From: Mobula hypostoma
Taxonomy: Eukaryota
Length of the DNA stretch: 64,000 bases
Reading direction: 5' to 3'
Assembly: GCF_963921235.1 (NCBI RefSeq)
Contig: NC_086109.1
Coordinates: forward strand, 29,948,001 to 30,012,000
Part shown: positions 62,487 to 64,000 of the stretch, in pieces
Position numbering within the stretch: position 1 is the stretch's first letter
Layout of the letters: each line of letters opens with the position of its first letter
Program-made: the position numbers and the translations under genes
The notes under the pieces: model-generated
Database searches by the model: none
Told to the model about the DNA's origin: nothing
What the model saw: only the letters and a program-made list of their open reading frames with translations

Positions 62487-64000
62487 TATTTTACTGATTG
62501 AGATTTGGTGGGATGGTAATTTATTGAATTGGGTTTCACCTGATTGGTGTCAATATAACATACCTGGACAGTGTTCCACATTGTTGGGTGGATGCCAATT
62601 TTAAACTGTACTGAAATTGTTTCATGGGAGCTGCATCTAATTTTGGAGTGCAACCGTCTGCATTATGGCAGGGATGTCTCAGCATGTATTGAATTAAATT
62701 GGTTGAAGCAGCTATCATAATACCTGTGATGTTGGGAGAAAGCCAAGGTGAATAATGGACTCATCATTTTGGTGGAAAATGTTTATGACTCGTTCAGCCT
62801 TTGGCATTTGTGTTGGTAGAATCTCTTCCTCTTATTAAATGATTAATTGCCCACTAACATTCACAACAGTATAGTAGATCTGTGAGTTACTCTGACTGTG
62901 AGGTGGATTAGCTCTGTTAGTTGCATGTTGTGATTGCTACTTTGCACACATGCTGTCCTGCGTTGCAGCCTAGCCATAATGGATGTTGCTATTGGCATGC
63001 TTTCTCACAGTGGTCCTCTGACTTTATGGTAACTATTGAATTAGTGATGTACTGAGCCATGATACACTGGCCATGTATGATAGAATATAATTCTGCAGAT
63101 AGTCCACACTGCCTCACGATTGGCCTAGTTTGAATATATCTTATTTCAGTGATGGTAGTGCAACACAATTTGATGAAACTTTGTTTCTTTAGGGACTATG
63201 CAGTGATCACCTGTCAGTGTTGTAATTTGTAACTGAGATTTGTGAGGAGACGTTGTTGGCTTTATGCTGGTTCATTCACCATCTGCTGTTAGCATACTCT
63301 TTTGGCAGTCCTTTGAAAGTTGGGACCTTTTTTCAATACTATTTAACCATGTTATGTGATGGGCAGGTAGGATCCTCACCCAGTGACTATTTTTGTCCCT
63401 TTCCTACTGCAGGAAATAGCAGCCATAGTCAGACAATAAAAATGTATAAAAATATAGTAACTATTAATTCAAGCAAGAACCAGCCTTTTCAAATGCAGCC
63501 TGCAAGCAGGAATTGTTTTGAAATCACAAGGTGAGCTGTATAAATAGCAACCACTATGAAGGGAACTGAGATCAGCTTGTAGTGGGAGATAACTTAAAAG
63601 GTCATGAGACATTCAGGTGTGTGTTGGCCAACACATAGGCTTGTTACTTTGGCAATGCTTAGGGATATTTTTAATCCTTTGTCAGATTGATGCTTTGTGG
63701 TTGTATTAGAATGGAGGGGAATAGTACCCAAGGAGAAGAATTAGTTGGCATTTTAGCAAGAGATCTGTGAGGGAGACCTGAGTGATCTGTTTCAGAGGTT
63801 AATGAATTGGGAGATGGATTATATAGAGGTGCTGTGACGAAAAAAAGTGATTTAAAGATGTGATGGAGAGTCCTGTTGGACTGAAGTGTCAGATATTTAT
63901 ATATCATCAGGAAATCTAGTATATGTTTCAGATGAGGATGAACAATGTATGGAGGAGCATTGGCTATGGTAGGTAGGATTTAAAAAAAAATCATTTACTA

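Larger units (their letters stand above)
60900..63540 (-). mobile_element. Ancient CR1/L2-group LINE remnant interrupted by a Tc1 derivative
   Basis: Minus-strand FTDD (about 61290-61301) and LDIK (about 61540-61552) RT-like motifs in otherwise heavily decayed sequence. Confidence 0.45.

Overview
Eukaryotic, vertebrate genomic DNA. The repeat mix (abundant CR1 LINEs, Rex1/Babar-like LINEs, V-SINEs, Penelope-like elements) suggests a cartilaginous fish, which is an inference. The window appears almost entirely intronic. The only host coding sequence I can support is one internal exon of TBC1D22B (25246-25559, + strand); I did not find the neighbouring exons in the window. Most of the rest is decayed and frequently nested transposable elements: CR1, Rex1/Babar-like and RTE LINE fragments, two Penelope-like element (PLE) families, four solo LTRs, Tc1 and Tigger/pogo DNA transposons, a hAT fossil and V-SINEs. 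Nearly all ORFs in the supplied track are TE fragments or chance ORFs. The most interesting signal is that the PLE termini carry minimal type I hammerhead-ribozyme motifs (CTGANGA...GAAAC-GTC) in about ten copies from two families, and some short hammerhead-bearing units have inserted on their own with target-site duplications (TSDs). TE boundaries without a stated TSD or terminal inverted repeat (TIR) are approximate. All family calls come from motif recognition, not database searches.
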